A stretch of DNA of 64,000 nucleotides from Heterodontus francisci (lineage: Eukaryota), in the NCBI RefSeq assembly GCF_036365525.1, contig NC_090413.1:28968262-29032261 (forward strand). The letters run 5' to 3'. Of the stretch, positions 12,392-25,060 are shown piece by piece (position 1 is the stretch's first letter; every line of letters starts with the position of its first letter). The notes beneath the pieces were generated by a model, which did no database searches, was not told where the DNA came from, and saw only the letters and a list, made by a program, of their open reading frames with translations. Made by a program: the position numbers and the translations under genes.

Positions 12392-12428
12392 AGTTCCGAA
12401 GAAGGGTCACTGACCCGAAACGTTAACT
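12392..12428 (+). ncRNA. Minimal hammerhead ribozyme (CCGAAGA core variant) in the Penelope 3' region
   Basis: agtt-CCGAAGA-a-gggtca-c-tgaccc-GAAAC-GTT-aact; helix I agtt/aact; helix II gggtca/tgaccc. Confidence 0.6.
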
Positions 12429-12489
12429 CTGCTTCTCTTTCAACAGCCTTATTGTATTTTCTATCTGCGTGCTGACAAAGCACAAACTT

Positions 12490-12860
12490 ACATAGGAATC
12501 ATAACACAAAACAGGCTGTTTGACCCATTCAGCTAATGTTAGCATTTATCTTCTGCACGAGCAGCAGTCCTAATAACCTGTGCCCACCCTGTTCCCATAA
12601 CACTTTATCACCTTCGCTGTCTTTGCTTCAATCATGAATTCTGGTACTGCATCCCATAACCTCACAGTCTCCTGTGTAAAAAATGTTTCTTCTGATCTAT
12701 ATCTTAAATCTCTTACATTTAATCTTACAGACATGTCCCTTGGCACTAGATCCTTAAAAGCACTGAGAACAGTCTGTTTCAATCTAAACTGTCCCATCGC
12801 TTTATAGTTTTAAACATCTCTATCAAATCATCCCGCAAGCTCCTCTCTTCTTACAAAACT
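12490..12860 (-). mobile_element. Old CR1 3' fragment
   Basis: FFTQETVRLWDAVP, a degenerate FFTQRVV.WN.LP motif. Confidence 0.65.
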
Positions 12861-14089
12861 GCCTGAGAAGGTTATTGCCAAGGTGACTAATGCCAGAGCT
12901 CTCCATAAACAGACGCCAATGGAAATAAGAATTTATTTTGACTTTAACTAAAATTTCTTGAAAAACTCTAGACTGCCATTTACTAGTGTGAGATCAAATA
13001 TGTCTGGAACATTAAACCTATTCCGTTTCATTTCAACTCCATTACATTTTACATACTTTGTAAATTTCAATTTATACAAATTTATTTTAAAAAGCATTTT
13101 TAAACAAGTTGTATGAATGTTTTTGCCGATGATGCTGCAGGCTGATTAGAAATCACTGGTGCCTACTGTGTTACTAGCAGATATGAAAGACTATCCACCG
13201 TGTTTTTCACATCTTGCTGTAGCACAACAGTACAGGGCCATGTTCACCCCAAAACTGCTCATTACCAAGCTCAGCAATAAAGTGACCTGGGATCAAAATA
13301 GAATCCTTACTGCATATACCGGCTTCTGGAATGTCACAGATAAATTGACAGACTGAAAAACACTCTAGTGGAACAAGGTACGAATGTAAATCAAACTGAT
13401 TATTGCACAAAGGATATAGAAATGCACAGAATTTAGGTTTTACACTGAGGGACTTTTTTTTTCTCCGTTCTTCATGCCGTGGAACCAAGTAAAACACAGC
13501 TCTGTCACTCTAGGTAAAAATTTGTTTTCAAATTGGCTGCTGCAAAGTTAACCAAACAACCATCAATGGATAGTGGCATCCAGAGAAAACATATTAGTAG
13601 CAATATCAACATTACTTTTGAAAGTGAAGCTTTGAAAAGTTACTTCATCCAAAATTTCCAATTGATTGTTATTGTTTAAAATACAGTATTTTAGCACAAT
13701 TGAAAACCTTCAAGAAACAACAGGGGTCCAGTTAGCTCAGTTAGTTACATGATGGTGCAGAATGATGTCAATACTGCTGTCGTAGTTCACAGAGGCTTGC
13801 CTCCTTGCCTTGCCCCCTGCTTGCAGTTTGGTGACCCTGAAGCTACATATCACCAACTTGTCTCTTTCTCTAATGGAGAGAGATGTCTATGGTCCTTTTG
13901 GGACTACAGCTAGCACAAAAACAAACAAAAATAATTTGTTCACAGATACAAAATGTTACACCAAGGGGTTGTAAACAAAAGTTTTTGTCATTATTTATAA
14001 TCCTGATTTATCTGTTCAAACTTAGAACTGTTCTGTCACATTACGTGGCACTAGCCTACTTACTAAATTGGAATCCAGGCCGATGAGTC

Positions 14090-15450
14090 GAATATCAGTG
14101 GGAGGGAAACTATTAGAAAAACTCTAAGCGACAGGATTAATCTCCACTTGAAGAGGCAGGGATAGTCAGCATGGCTTTGTCAGGGGGAGATCGTGTCTAA
14201 CTAACTTGATTGAATTTTTTTGAGGAGGTGACTAGATGTATAGATGAGGGTAAAGCAGTTGATGTAGTCGACATGGACTTCAGTAAGGCTTTTGATAAGG
14301 TCCCGCATGGGAGATTGGTTAAGAAGGTGAGAGCCCATGGGATCCAGGGCAATTTGGCAAATTGGATCCAAAATTGGCTGAGTGGCAGGAGGCAGAGGGT
14401 GATGGTTGAGGGTTGTTTCTGCGAGTGGAAGCCTGTGACCAGTGGTGTACTGCAGGGAACGGTGCTGGGACCCTTGCTGTTTGTAGTATACGTTAATGAT
14501 TTAGACATGAATATGGGAGGTCTGATCAATAAGTTCGCAGATGACACGAAAATTGGTGGTGTCGTAAATATTGAGGAGGAAAGCCTTAGGTTACAGGACG
14601 ATATGGATGGGCCGGTAAGATGGGCGAAGCAGTGGCAAATGGAATTTAATCCTGAGAAGTGTGAGGTGATGCACTTTGGGAGAACTAACAAGGCAAGGGA
14701 ATATAAAATGGGTAGTAGGACCCTAGAAAGTACAGGTCAGAGGGACCTTGGTGTACTTGTCCATAGATCACTGAAGGCAGCAGCACAGGTAGATAAGGTG
14801 GTTCGGAAGGCATATGAGATATTTGCCTTTATTAGCCGAGGCATAGAATATAAGAGCAGGGAGGTTATGATGGAGCTGCATAAAACTCTAGTTAGGCCAC
14901 AGCTGGAGTACTGTGTACAGTTTTGGTCACCACACAAAAGGAAGGATGTGATTGCACTGGAGAGGGTGCAGAGGAGATTCACCAGGATGTTGCCTGGGCT
15001 GGAGCATTTCAGCTATGAAGAGAGACTGGATAGGCTAGGGTTATTTCCCTTAGAGCAGATAAGGCTGAGGGGGGATCTGATTGAGGTATACAAAATTATG
15101 AGGGGCATAGATAGGGGAGATAGGAAGAAACTTTTTCCCTTAGCAGAGGTGTCAATAACCAGGAGGCATAGATTTAAGGTAAGGAGCAGGAGGTTTAGAC
15201 GGGATTTGAGGAGAAGAATTTTCACCCAGAGGGTGATTGGAATCTGGAACAAACTGCCTGAAGGGGTGGTAGAGGCAGGAACCCTCACAACATTTGAGAA
15301 GTATTTAGATGAGCACTTGAAATGCCAAAGCATACAAGGCTATGGGCCAAGTGCTGAAAAATGGGATTTGAATAGATAGGTGTTTGATAGCCTTCATGGA
15401 CACAGTAGGATGAAGGGCCTGTTTCTGTGCTGTATAATTCTATACTATAA
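14090..15450 (+). mobile_element. CR1/HER1 LINE 3' half with a 389-aa RT ORF (14210-15379)
   Basis: DFSKAFDKVPHG, QGTVLGP, KFADD, LVRPQLEYCVQFWSP; tail gaagggcctgtttctgtgctgta. Confidence 0.93.
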
Positions 15451-15654
15451 ATGGTGCACATATCCTAATATCTACTATTGACAATGGAAATAAAAAAAAT
15501 AAGCTCATAGAGTATGACTTTAAAATGGGGACTGAATTACATCTGTGTACCCCATGTCCTATAATCCCACTTCTGAAAACTACAGGAGATCAACTAACAC
15601 ATTATAACAGAGTAGATATACCTTTAAGGTACCTTATGCATCAGTCACAAACAT

Positions 15655-15945
15655 CATAGAATAGTTCCGGCACAGAAGGAGGCCATTTGGCACATCGTGT
15701 CTGTGCTGGCTCTCTGCAAGAGGAACTCACCTATTCCCATCAACGACCACCCCTCCACCCCCCCCACCACCTTTTCTCTGTAGCCCTGCAATTGTTTTCT
15801 CTTCAGATAATTATCCAATTCTCTTTTGAAAGCCTCGATTGAATCTGCCTCCATCACACTCTCGGGCAGTGCATTCCACATCCTAACCACTCGCTGTGCA
15901 AAATGTTTTTCCTTCATGTCACCTCAGGTTCTTTTGCCAATTACA
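15655..15945 (-). mobile_element. CR1 3' fragment
   Basis: FAQRVVRMWNALP motif and CR1 tail. Confidence 0.8.
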
Positions 15946-16540
15946 ATGCCCAGAACAAGATTCAAACCTGCAACCGTCTGATTACATCATGATCCACACA
16001 AACGTCATGACCATTAGGGTACATGACCACATATTATTAGAGCTAAAAACAAATTTCACTCCTTAGGACTAATTCTGCAATCCCAGTGCAGAGACTGACT
16101 CATAGGGAGCATGTGGCAAAGAACTGTATTATAGCCCTGTTACTGATCCGTGCTCACTGTGTGATTGGCTTCCTCCTGACAGCATAGAATTAATCCTTTC
16201 ACTTTCATTTCATTTATTAAAAGTAAGTTGCTGTAACATTTTCACAGAAAGGGTAGTGGAAATCTGGAACTCTCTGTCCCAAAAGACTGTGGAATCTGGG
16301 GGTCAATTAAAATTTTTCAGGACAGAGATGACTGAGATGGAGAAAAGGCAGGTAAATGGAGTTGAGGTACAGATCAGTTATTATCTAACTGAATACAGAA
16401 CAGGCTCCCTCAGTAAGGACAATACAAAAAGGTGTAGTTTAGTGATTTCTCCTTGAACAATCACCAATTATTTTGGCTAAACATGTTTGTAATTGTTGTT
16501 ATTCATTGGAATAGTCACTAAAATTATTTAAAGGGATATT

Positions 16541-16704
16541 TTACTGATGTTCAGTTCCATTGGAGACAGGTAGATTGTTCTGTACTTCATAGCTTCCGCT
16601 TCTAAGGGCAGTCCATTTCTTGTACAAGCCAAAGGTTATTGTCAAAGCTATGATTATTCCAATTGTTACAAATAAGATCACCAAAAAGCTGTTCCATGTT
16701 ACAT
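16541..16704 (-). CDS. Gene B terminal exon: transmembrane helix + cytoplasmic tail (ICAM/VCAM-like)
   Basis: Acceptor tttcacAG; (D)VTWNSFLVILFVTIGIIIALTITFGLYKKWTALRSGSYEVQNNLPVSNGTEHQ*. Confidence 0.88.
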
Positions 16705-16974
16705 CTGTGAAAACATTAATAAAAATACAAATCATTTATTTCAGGGCAATATATTTTTTATGAAACTCCTGATCATTTCCAAAATTCATAGTTTATTTGC
16801 AAGGAAATTTTTCATGGAATCTCTAGTGTGCAATATTCAACTATTTGCTGTATTTCAAGTTGTATTCTTCACCTCCTTTTATTCTCACCACACATGGACC
16901 ATTCCTGATTACCTACACCTACACTCCATGTCCCTCTAATACCTTTAATTAATTTCTTCCTTTTTTCTATTCTC

Positions 16975-17650
16975 CTCCACTGTCTCTGATTTGTGATGCT
17001 GCTTGTCTGACATCCAGTATTAGATGAGCAGAAATTTCCTGCAACTAAGTATTGAGAAGATCAAAGCCTTTGTCTTCAGTCCTCACCACAAATACTGCTC
17101 CCTACCCACCAACTCCGTCCCTCTTACAGACCACAGTCTGAGACTGAATCAAACTGTTTTCAACCTTGGCAAACTATATGACTCTGGACCAAGCTTCCGA
17201 TCCCATATTCTTTCCAACACCAAGATCACCTACTTCCACCTCCGAAACATCGCCTGTTTCTGCTCCTGCCTCAGCTCATCTGCTGCTACAACCGATGCCT
17301 TTGCCTCTCTGGACTCAAATATTCCGATGCTCTCCTGGTCAGCCTCCCAAACTGCACCCTCCTTCAACCTGAGTTCATACATACTGCTGTCCGCTTCTTA
17401 ACTCGCATCAATTCCCATTCACAAATCATCCCCCTGTGCTCGTTGACCTACAATGGCTCCTGGTCCAGCAACACCTTGATTTTTTTTTAATTGTTAGCCA
17501 TGTTTTCAGTTCCCTTCCTATTTCTGTAACTTTCTCCATCCCGACAACCCTACAGATCTTTGTGCTCCTCCAATTCTTGTCTCTTTTGGATCCCCGATTT
17601 TAATCATTCCATCACTGGCAGCATGCCTTCAGCTGCTTAAGCCTTACCTC
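16975..17650 (+). mobile_element. L2-clade LINE fragment
   Basis: MSRNFLQLSIEKIKAFVF and TYFHLRNIA resemble the L2 RT C-terminus; an L2-type tail follows at ~18420-18590. Confidence 0.7.
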
Positions 17651-17931
17651 TCTCAACAACAATAACAGCAACTTAAATTTATATAGCACCTTTAGTGTAA
17701 TAAAACATCCTAAGGTGCTTCACAGGAGCATTATTTAAAGAAAAATTTGAAACTTCTCAGGGTCAAATATGACACCAAGATTCCGAAACATCTAGTTCAG
17801 CCTCAGACAGTTGCCAGAGAGAGGAATGGCAGTCATATGATGTTAGGGCACATGGCCAAATGCTTGGTCAAAAAGGTAGGTTTTAAGGAGCGTCTGAAAG
17901 GAGGAAAGGTTGAGGGAACAAATTCCAGACC

Positions 17932-18306
17932 TTTTTTTGATTCATTTGTGGGATCTGGCATAGCTGGCTAAGCCAGCATTTGTTGCCCATCCATAATTGC
18001 CCTGAACTGAGTGGCTTGCTCGGCCATTTCAGAGTCAACCACATTGCTGTGGATCTGGAGTCACATGTTGACCAAACCACCAGGTAAGGTGATAGATTTC
18101 CTTCCCTAAAAGGACATTAATGACCAGATGGGTTTTCATGACAATATCACTGAGACTAGCTTTCAATTATTAACTATATTTATTGATTAATTAAATTTAA
18201 ATTCCATCAGCTGCCATGGTGGGTTGAACCCATGTCACCAGAAAACTAGCCTGGACTTCCAGTTTTCTAACTCAGTGACATTACCACTAGGCCACTATCT
18301 CTCCCC
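17932..18306 (-). mobile_element. Bipartite SINE: 5' tRNA-like head and UTR of the LINE at 50951 fused to its 3' tail
   Basis: Reverse complement reads head (tagtggtaatgtcact...gggttcaaccc), then ...gcaagccactcagtt|cagggcaattatggatgggcaacaaatgctgg. Confidence 0.8.
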
Positions 18307-19275
18307 AGTCTGGTTTAGCCTCAGGCAGTTCCCAGAGAAAGGAATGGCAGTGGCGAGGGAACAAGTTTGCAGCGGGGACTGAAGTCAATGACTTTGGTCT
18401 TCCCAATATTCTCTTCTACTTTATGATATTCCTTAAAACCTACTTCATTGACCAAGCTTTTGGTCACCTCTCCTAATATCTTCTTATGAGGCTCAGTATT
18501 AAATTATTTTTCATAATCACTCCTGTGAAGCACCTTGGGATGCTGATTACATTAAAGAAGTGATACAAATGCAAATTCTTGTTGTTGATATAAGGGTCGT
18601 CCATCAAACAACTTCCTGTTTTTCTTTTGAACAGGCTCCAGGATTTCACTGATACTTCCTCTGTTTGTTTGTCCCTACATTTTGCTTCCAATTCTATGAA
18701 AACTCTTGTTAATCTTCCATTTTTCAGCCAAAAACATTCACCATCCATTCTTTGCACAGATTTGACTGACCTGCTATGTTGCAGCCTCTCCTGGTTTAGT
18801 TTTACACTGTGATTGCCCCCCCTCACTATTAGAATTGAAGCCCAGCCATGTGATGCAGCTCACTGAGCTGCCAACACCCTGCACCATGACCGGCAGTGTG
18901 TGGATTCACAGCTGCAACTCCCCTGCTGCGGAGTTATTGCTCAGGCAGTCTGGGCAAACACAGAGCAGGAATAAAGTGCTTCTACACACAAAGAGAAACA
19001 AGTGGAAGGGAGTATCACTCTGGGCCATTCTTACTAATGTCCTAGAGGCCAGTTACAGAGCAGCATTGTTAGAGTCAGGGAGTAGTTTATCCATTTGTCC
19101 CATTACCAGCAAGTGTGGAGTAGAACAGGAGGAGTCTTAAAGAAAATAAATGAATAACTGAGTTAAGTAAACCGAAATGGCACTCGGGATTTATTTGGGA
19201 TAACAGAAATGCTGCTTCAATCCACAAAGGATTAATTATTTATTCTTTGCATTCTGACCAATATTACAAACTGAC

Positions 19276-19557
19276 CTTTGATCCTGATGTCCACTTCCTT
19301 CTCATCAGTTCCATATTTATTGGTAACTGTACATTTATAAATGCCTTGATGTTCTGATGTTGCGTGGGAAATATGGAGGACTCCAAGAGGACCATCCTGA
19401 ATGTTCCTGCCATTACTGGGGGCTTCCCACTTTAATGTCGGCGTGGGGTTTCCATTGGAATTGCAGATAATTGTAACCTCATCACCTTCACTGAGGGTTA
19501 CTGGAACCCCTGACACGGTTTGGTTATTTACTGATATGGTTGTATTTCGAGGTTTAT
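19276..19557 (-). CDS. Gene B Ig domain 6 exon (I/C2-set)
   Basis: cttttccAG acceptor, AAG|GTCAGT donor, 282 nt, phase 1-1; YKPRNTTISV...IICNSNGNPTPTLKW...GIYKCTVTNKYG. Confidence 0.9.
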
Positions 19558-19705
19558 CTGGAAAAGAAAAAGGAAAAGATGAAAAGAGGCAGGAAAGGCA
19601 TATCACAGGATCAGCTTGCCTCAGGTTATCACACAAACACACTGTTCACAGCGCTCAGAACAAAGGAACGTTCAAAGAGTAAACTTCCTGTAATCCATTT
19701 TTCAC

Positions 19706-19951
19706 ACAGAATGACTGAATTTACAGAGGAGTTTCTGGATCCATACGCATTGGTAACTGTGCACGTGTACAGACCACTATGCCACATTTGAACTGATGGG
19801 ATGTGGAGTATCTCTCTGCTGAGTATCTTCCCATCTTTGGTCCAGAACACCTGGGGAGCTGGGTTCCCTGCACCATGACATGTTAAATTCTGTGATTTCC
19901 CTTCAATCCAGTCTTCTTGTGCTTTAAAGATCTGTGCTTTCATTGGAGCAT
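19706..19951 (-). CDS. Gene B Ig domain 5 exon (acceptor reads AT instead of AG)
   Basis: YAPMKAQIF...LTCHGAGNPAPQVFWTKDG...SGLYTCTVTNAYG; 246 nt open; preceded by tttacAT; weak GTGAAA donor. Confidence 0.75.
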
Positions 19952-21484
19952 ATGTAAATTTCATTAGAATAAAAAATTAAAACTTGAAATTGAATAACAC
20001 GAAGCTCAAATATTCTTCAGATCTTCCTGGGTTTTTTTGGTGCTCTCCAGATGTCAGTGCTCAGAATAAAACTGACTTCTCTGTGAAAACTCAGTGTCAG
20101 CATCAAACACTCCCAGGTCAAATAAAAAGCAGGATAAAGACAGAGAAATTCTCCCTGTACTCTGCGGACAAAAGCAAAAATTCTGAGTGCCACTTTTGAG
20201 AAATCTCCAAGTGATTTCTGCTTTACTCTTTCCTGTTTCTGTATAGCTGATTGAGCACCAATCTGAGAATGGAGAAGGGTGGTCTTCGGTCAAAGGGTTC
20301 TAAGAGGAGTTTTACAGCTCTCCGGTTAGATGGAATTATTGAACTATTGTTGAAATTTTACAATGCAATATTAGTAATTAATTGATTAATAAAGTGTTTG
20401 ACATTCCTATGCTATTTTAACAAAGGTGTTAACCTGTTGAAATAAACATGATGCAGCTGATTTCTAAATAAACAATCCAATGAACACTACAAATAACAAA
20501 CATATCAATACAATATATTTATCTGTTATATTTTTAAATCACTGAGTCAAAGCATTCCATTTCAAATTACCTTCAAAACTCATATGTCAGCCTCTGGTAA
20601 TGGGAAATCCCATCGGAAGACTGTCAACAGTTACCTACTGTACCAGTCATGCCTGTATTTGTCACTTTGATTGATATTTATAACGCTGAATGACCTGTCA
20701 TGCAACGTTAGTGCGAGCCCAGTCGTGAAACTATTTTTGTGTTTGAAGTCAGCTGTGTGTAAGCCTGTGGCTCCATTACAGATTCATTGGGTGGCAATGT
20801 AGAATAAATATATTAAAAAGCCTTCAGATAGCAGCCTTTTTAAACCTCCCTGCACTGAGGCCTTTCCCCCAAAGTTGTCATTGGATTCCCCCCCTGAACG
20901 AAATGGTGCCCCCCTCAGATATTGCATCAGGTTCCATATCCTCAATATTCCTGCACAGAAAATGGGAACTAAGAATCCACAAGGCATAGGTTCCTTACAC
21001 TGCATGTTTCCACCAAACAGAACACTACACTCCAGGTTGAACTCAGGGATGCTCATTCCCATGAAGCTCTCGCTGCTCCCTGTCTCCCGGCTGTGGATTC
21101 CTCATTGCAATGTGAGCTTAAATTCCCAGTGATTCTCCATTTCTCTGCTGCATTCTCATTGACAAAGCCCTTAACCCACTTTACCCACCTGCAAATACAC
21201 CCTCTTGCCTCTGTCTCTTAGATCTATTCAAAAGTCAAATTACACAAGAATGTTAAAGAGACACACATCAGCAGTAACAACAGGAGGGTGGGCTAGATGA
21301 ACCTCTAATTTGTTTCCAGTCTGTCACTTTCTCTGCTTCTAAGTTTTTCTATTTTACCATCACAAAATCGTATCAGACAAAATAGGATCATTTCTCCCCA
21401 GAGTATTTCTCCGTGAGTGCTGGACAATTACATCAGTATTTCTGCAGTATTTATGAACTAGATGTTAGCTATTCAGTCTTCCGT

Positions 21485-22495
21485 GTTGTTGGACGTCAAT
21501 CATCTGAGCTCCAGGACATCACTGCAGGAGTTCCTCAGGGTAGTGTCCTAGGCCTAACCATCTTCATTAATGACCTCCTTCAGTCATAAGGTCAGATGTG
21601 GGATGTTCACTGATGATTGCACAATGTTCAGCACCATTCGTGACTCCTCAGATATTGAAGCAGTCCGTGTAGAAATGCAGCAAGACCCGGACAATATCCA
21701 GGTTTGGGCTGATAAGTGGCAAGTAACATTCACGCCACACAAGTGCCAGGCAATGACTAGCTCCAACAAGAGAGAATCTTACCATCTCCCCTTGACATTC
21801 AATGGCATTACCATCACTGAATCTCCCACTATCAACATCCTAGGGGTTACCATTGACCAGAAACTGAACTGGAGTAGCCATATAAATAGCGTGGCTACAA
21901 GAGCTGGTCAGAGGCTGGGAATCCTGCATTGAGTAACTCACCTCCTGACTCCCCAAAGCCTGTCCACCATCTACAAGGCACAAGTCAGGAATGTGATGGA
22001 ATACTCTCCACTTGCCTGGATGGGTGCAGCTCCAACAACACTCAAGAAACTCGACACCAAACAGGACAAAGCAGCCCGCTTGACTGGCACCCCATGCACA
22101 ACATTCACTCCCTCCACCACCGACGCACAGTGGCAGCAGTGTGTACCATCTACAAGATGCACTGCAGCAACACACCAACGCTCCTTCGACAGCACCTTCT
22201 AAACCCGCAACCTCTACCAATTAGAAGGACAAATGCATGGGAACACCACCACCTGCAAATTTCCCTCCAAGTCACACACCATCCTGACTTGGAACTATTT
22301 CGCTGTTCCTTGACTGTCACTGGGTCAAAATCCTGGAACTCCCTTCCTGACAGCACTGTGGGTGTACCTAACTCACATGTACTGCAGTGGTTCAAGAAGG
22401 CAGCTCACCATCACCTTCTCAAGGGCAATTAGGGATGGGCAATAAATGCTGGCATAGCCAGCGACGTCCACATCCCAAGAATAAATACAAAAAAA
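21485..22495 (+). mobile_element. 3' fragment of the tRNA-headed LINE family
   Basis: MFTDDCTMF and MEYSPLAW motifs; same tail as 54090-54150. Confidence 0.88.
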
Positions 22496-22943
22496 CATGT
22501 TTCTCTGTGTATCATAATCTCCATTGAAAATGCTACTGTAGCATTCTTCATCTCCAATTAGTATCCCTTGTGTTACAACAGGCCAGTGTGTCTCAGCTTC
22601 CAATTTCTCCTCGCTTGTCCATGTGGAAAAACCTGGTCTTCATTTCGTATCTCACCCAATGGTCTGGTCAGGACATGTATCTTGTTATATGGGGGACTCA
22701 GGACACATGTTCACATGATTGCACTCTGTGGTCAGTAATGGACAGTGTCTCCACACAGCCCCGTCCTGTGTTCTGCATTCTGATCAACCTTGGAGATAAC
22801 AAGAGCCACTGAAAAGCAGGATAAATGTGAGACCAATTCTGTTTGTTCCGGACTAAGAGGAGAGTTGGGATGAGAGTTTCATTGGTCTCCATTTGAAATA
22901 AAAAACCTCACTAACTATTTGTAACCAAAATGATGCAACTTAC

Positions 22944-23225
22944 ACAGGACGTGGAGGGTGTCAACCTGTTTTTTAACACGGCTTGTTGACGGATCTTGAA
23001 GTTTCAGTTCAGCCTCGCAGATGTACTGCTGTCCATCCAGCTTTGCTTCTGCATCCACAGTATAGTAGATACTGAGCCCAGTACTGCTTGATTCATTCAC
23101 TAATATGTCATTTCTGTTCTTCAGACTGAGTTGAAGTTCCCCTGAGACATTGAACACACTGCAGGTAATATTAACTGGGTTTCCTTCAGGGCTGATTGGT
23201 ACTTGGATTTCAGGGTCAGGAAAAA
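22944..23225 (-). CDS. Gene B Ig domain 4 exon
   Basis: ttttacAG acceptor, T|GTAAGT donor, 282 nt; VFPDPEIQV...NITCSVFNV...LDGQQYICEAEL. Confidence 0.88.
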
Positions 23226-23421
23226 CTGTAAAAATAATAGAGAAAAGTTGTTAGAAACACTCCCAAGCTTATCTTACAGCTGCTCAGTGTGAAAATTCAT
23301 CCTGGAGACTTGATCTGTTGTGCTGTTTTATCATTGATCCATATTACATGCCTGTGCCACACAGACACATCCAGCTACTGCACTGACTAAGGGTAGGTAG
23401 GGAACTTTAATCACTTTCTGT

Positions 23422-24887
23422 TGTTACAATCAGGTGAGGAGAGGTCGAAAGGCTCCCCTCTTGTCCCTCTCCTTGTTTGACTGCAACTGTGTATATTCCT
23501 TTTTAAACAGTGGATGTGTTTCCCAATTCAGTGAGTATTTACCCTTTATGTGCTATGATCATAAAATAATTTTTTTTTTAGTTTTTTTTGAGTTTAAACA
23601 AGAAAGAAGTTAGTTTATTTTACTTAAGAATCTAAACCCGATCAAAGTGAAAATAATAAATTACACTCCAGCTTTCACTCATTCACACAGACACACCCAG
23701 GAGAATAACACACATACAAACAGGTTATAGAGTAATGAAGAAGTGTTTTGTTGGATTAGAATCCAGAACAAATAAAAGTAATATACAGTCTGTGGGGTCT
23801 GGTAATTCAGTTGTCCTTTGGATGAATTCACGGTTCTGAAGCCTCTGGCTGGTAGAAGTGCACTTGCAGCTGGTTCAGGGTTTTCTTGGAGACAGTGATC
23901 TTGGTGGTCTTCTCCCCCTGGATTCTCTGTCTGTAGCAATGATAGACCTGGATGTCCCACAGTCGCAGACCGGTTTTGAAATTTGTAATGTTACCGGGAG
24001 AAAAGGAGAGAGAGGGATACAAACCCACTTGGGTCTTGAGCTGGTTAGCTCTCAAAGCTTGTCTGCTCCGTGAAACTAAAAATTCCGTGTAACAATAAAT
24101 TCCACGTTCACTCAGACTGGGGAGACTGTCACATGGTTCACTCAGTATTCCTTTTTTCCTTTAATGAGGTCTGAAGACTGAGAATCCCAAATCTCTCTCA
24201 GGTTATATTGTTTTAATGTTTACCCCCTGGAGATACATCTTCACTAGTGAATGCTCCAAGGTGGCTTTGGATGTCCTGCTATCAAGGATTATACTGGATA
24301 ATTTACTCAACTGTCCAAGCCATTGTTCTGGATGGGAGCTTTTGAGACATGTGTCTCCACTTCAACGTTAGGGGCGGCACAGTGGCGCAGTGGTTAGCAC
24401 CGCAGCCTCACAGCTCCAGCGACCCGGGTTCAATTCTGGGTACTGCCTGTGTGGCGTTTGCAAGTTCTCCCTGTGTCTGCGTGGGTTTCCTCCGGGTGCT
24501 CCGGTTTCCTCCCACATGCCAAAGACTTGCTGGTTGATAGGTTAATTGGCCATTATAAATTGCCCCTCATATAGGTAGGTGGGAGGGAAATATAGGGACA
24601 GGTGGGGATGTGGTAGGAATATGGAATTAGTGTAGGATTATTATAAATGGGTGGTTGATGGTCGGCACAGACTCGGTGGGCCGAAGGGCCTGTTTCAGTG
24701 CTGTATCTCTAAACTAAACTAAACGTCCTGGAATGTGAGGTATTTCAATCCAAATTGTGGTGGCCAACTTAGCTGCCGTTATTTAAATGTTAAATGTAGG
24801 ATTCTTGCTTTCCTTTTTCAAAGTTTAATGCAGGTTTCCAAATGATAAATTAAAAGTCCTCATTCAGCATAGCATGTTTTCTTGACA
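23422..24887. mobile_element. Solo LTR-like element 1 (contains an HE1 SINE)
   Basis: Starts TGTTACAATCAGGTGAGG, ends TTCTTGACA; colinear with 25061-26069. Confidence 0.7.
24370..24721 (+). mobile_element. Full-length HE1-type V-SINE
   Basis: A box tggcgcagtgg, B box ggttcaattc, V-core gtttgcaagttctccctgtgtctgcgtgggtttcctccgg, CR1/HER1-like tail, (taaac)n; TSD aacgt 24364-24368/24722-24726. Confidence 0.92.
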
Positions 24888-25060
24888 CAATGACCATCTG
24901 ATATGTGATTTTGTTAGTGGAACAGGTTTAAAAAATCTGAGATCATACTCTATCCTCACCAGATATATTCACTCCTCATCACTGAACACAACTCATTTAT
25001 CTCATTACATAATTATTTCTTTGTCAAGATGAGACATATTATTGTGTTTACAGTCCAAAC

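Larger units (their letters stand above)
8358..12440 (+). mobile_element. Penelope-like retroelement (Neptune-type) with inverted 3' duplication
   Basis: RT+GIY-YIG ORF; 8444-9566 is the reverse complement of 11319-12441; ~16-bp TSD caacagccttattgta at 8342-8357/12441-12456. Confidence 0.95.

Noticed and set aside
14210-15379. 389-aa host reverse transcriptase gene
   Set aside because: 5'-truncated CR1 ORF2 with a frameshift at its start; ordinary young repeat.
24370-24450. tRNA gene
   Set aside because: A/B boxes are the head of a multi-copy SINE; no complete cloverleaf or terminator.
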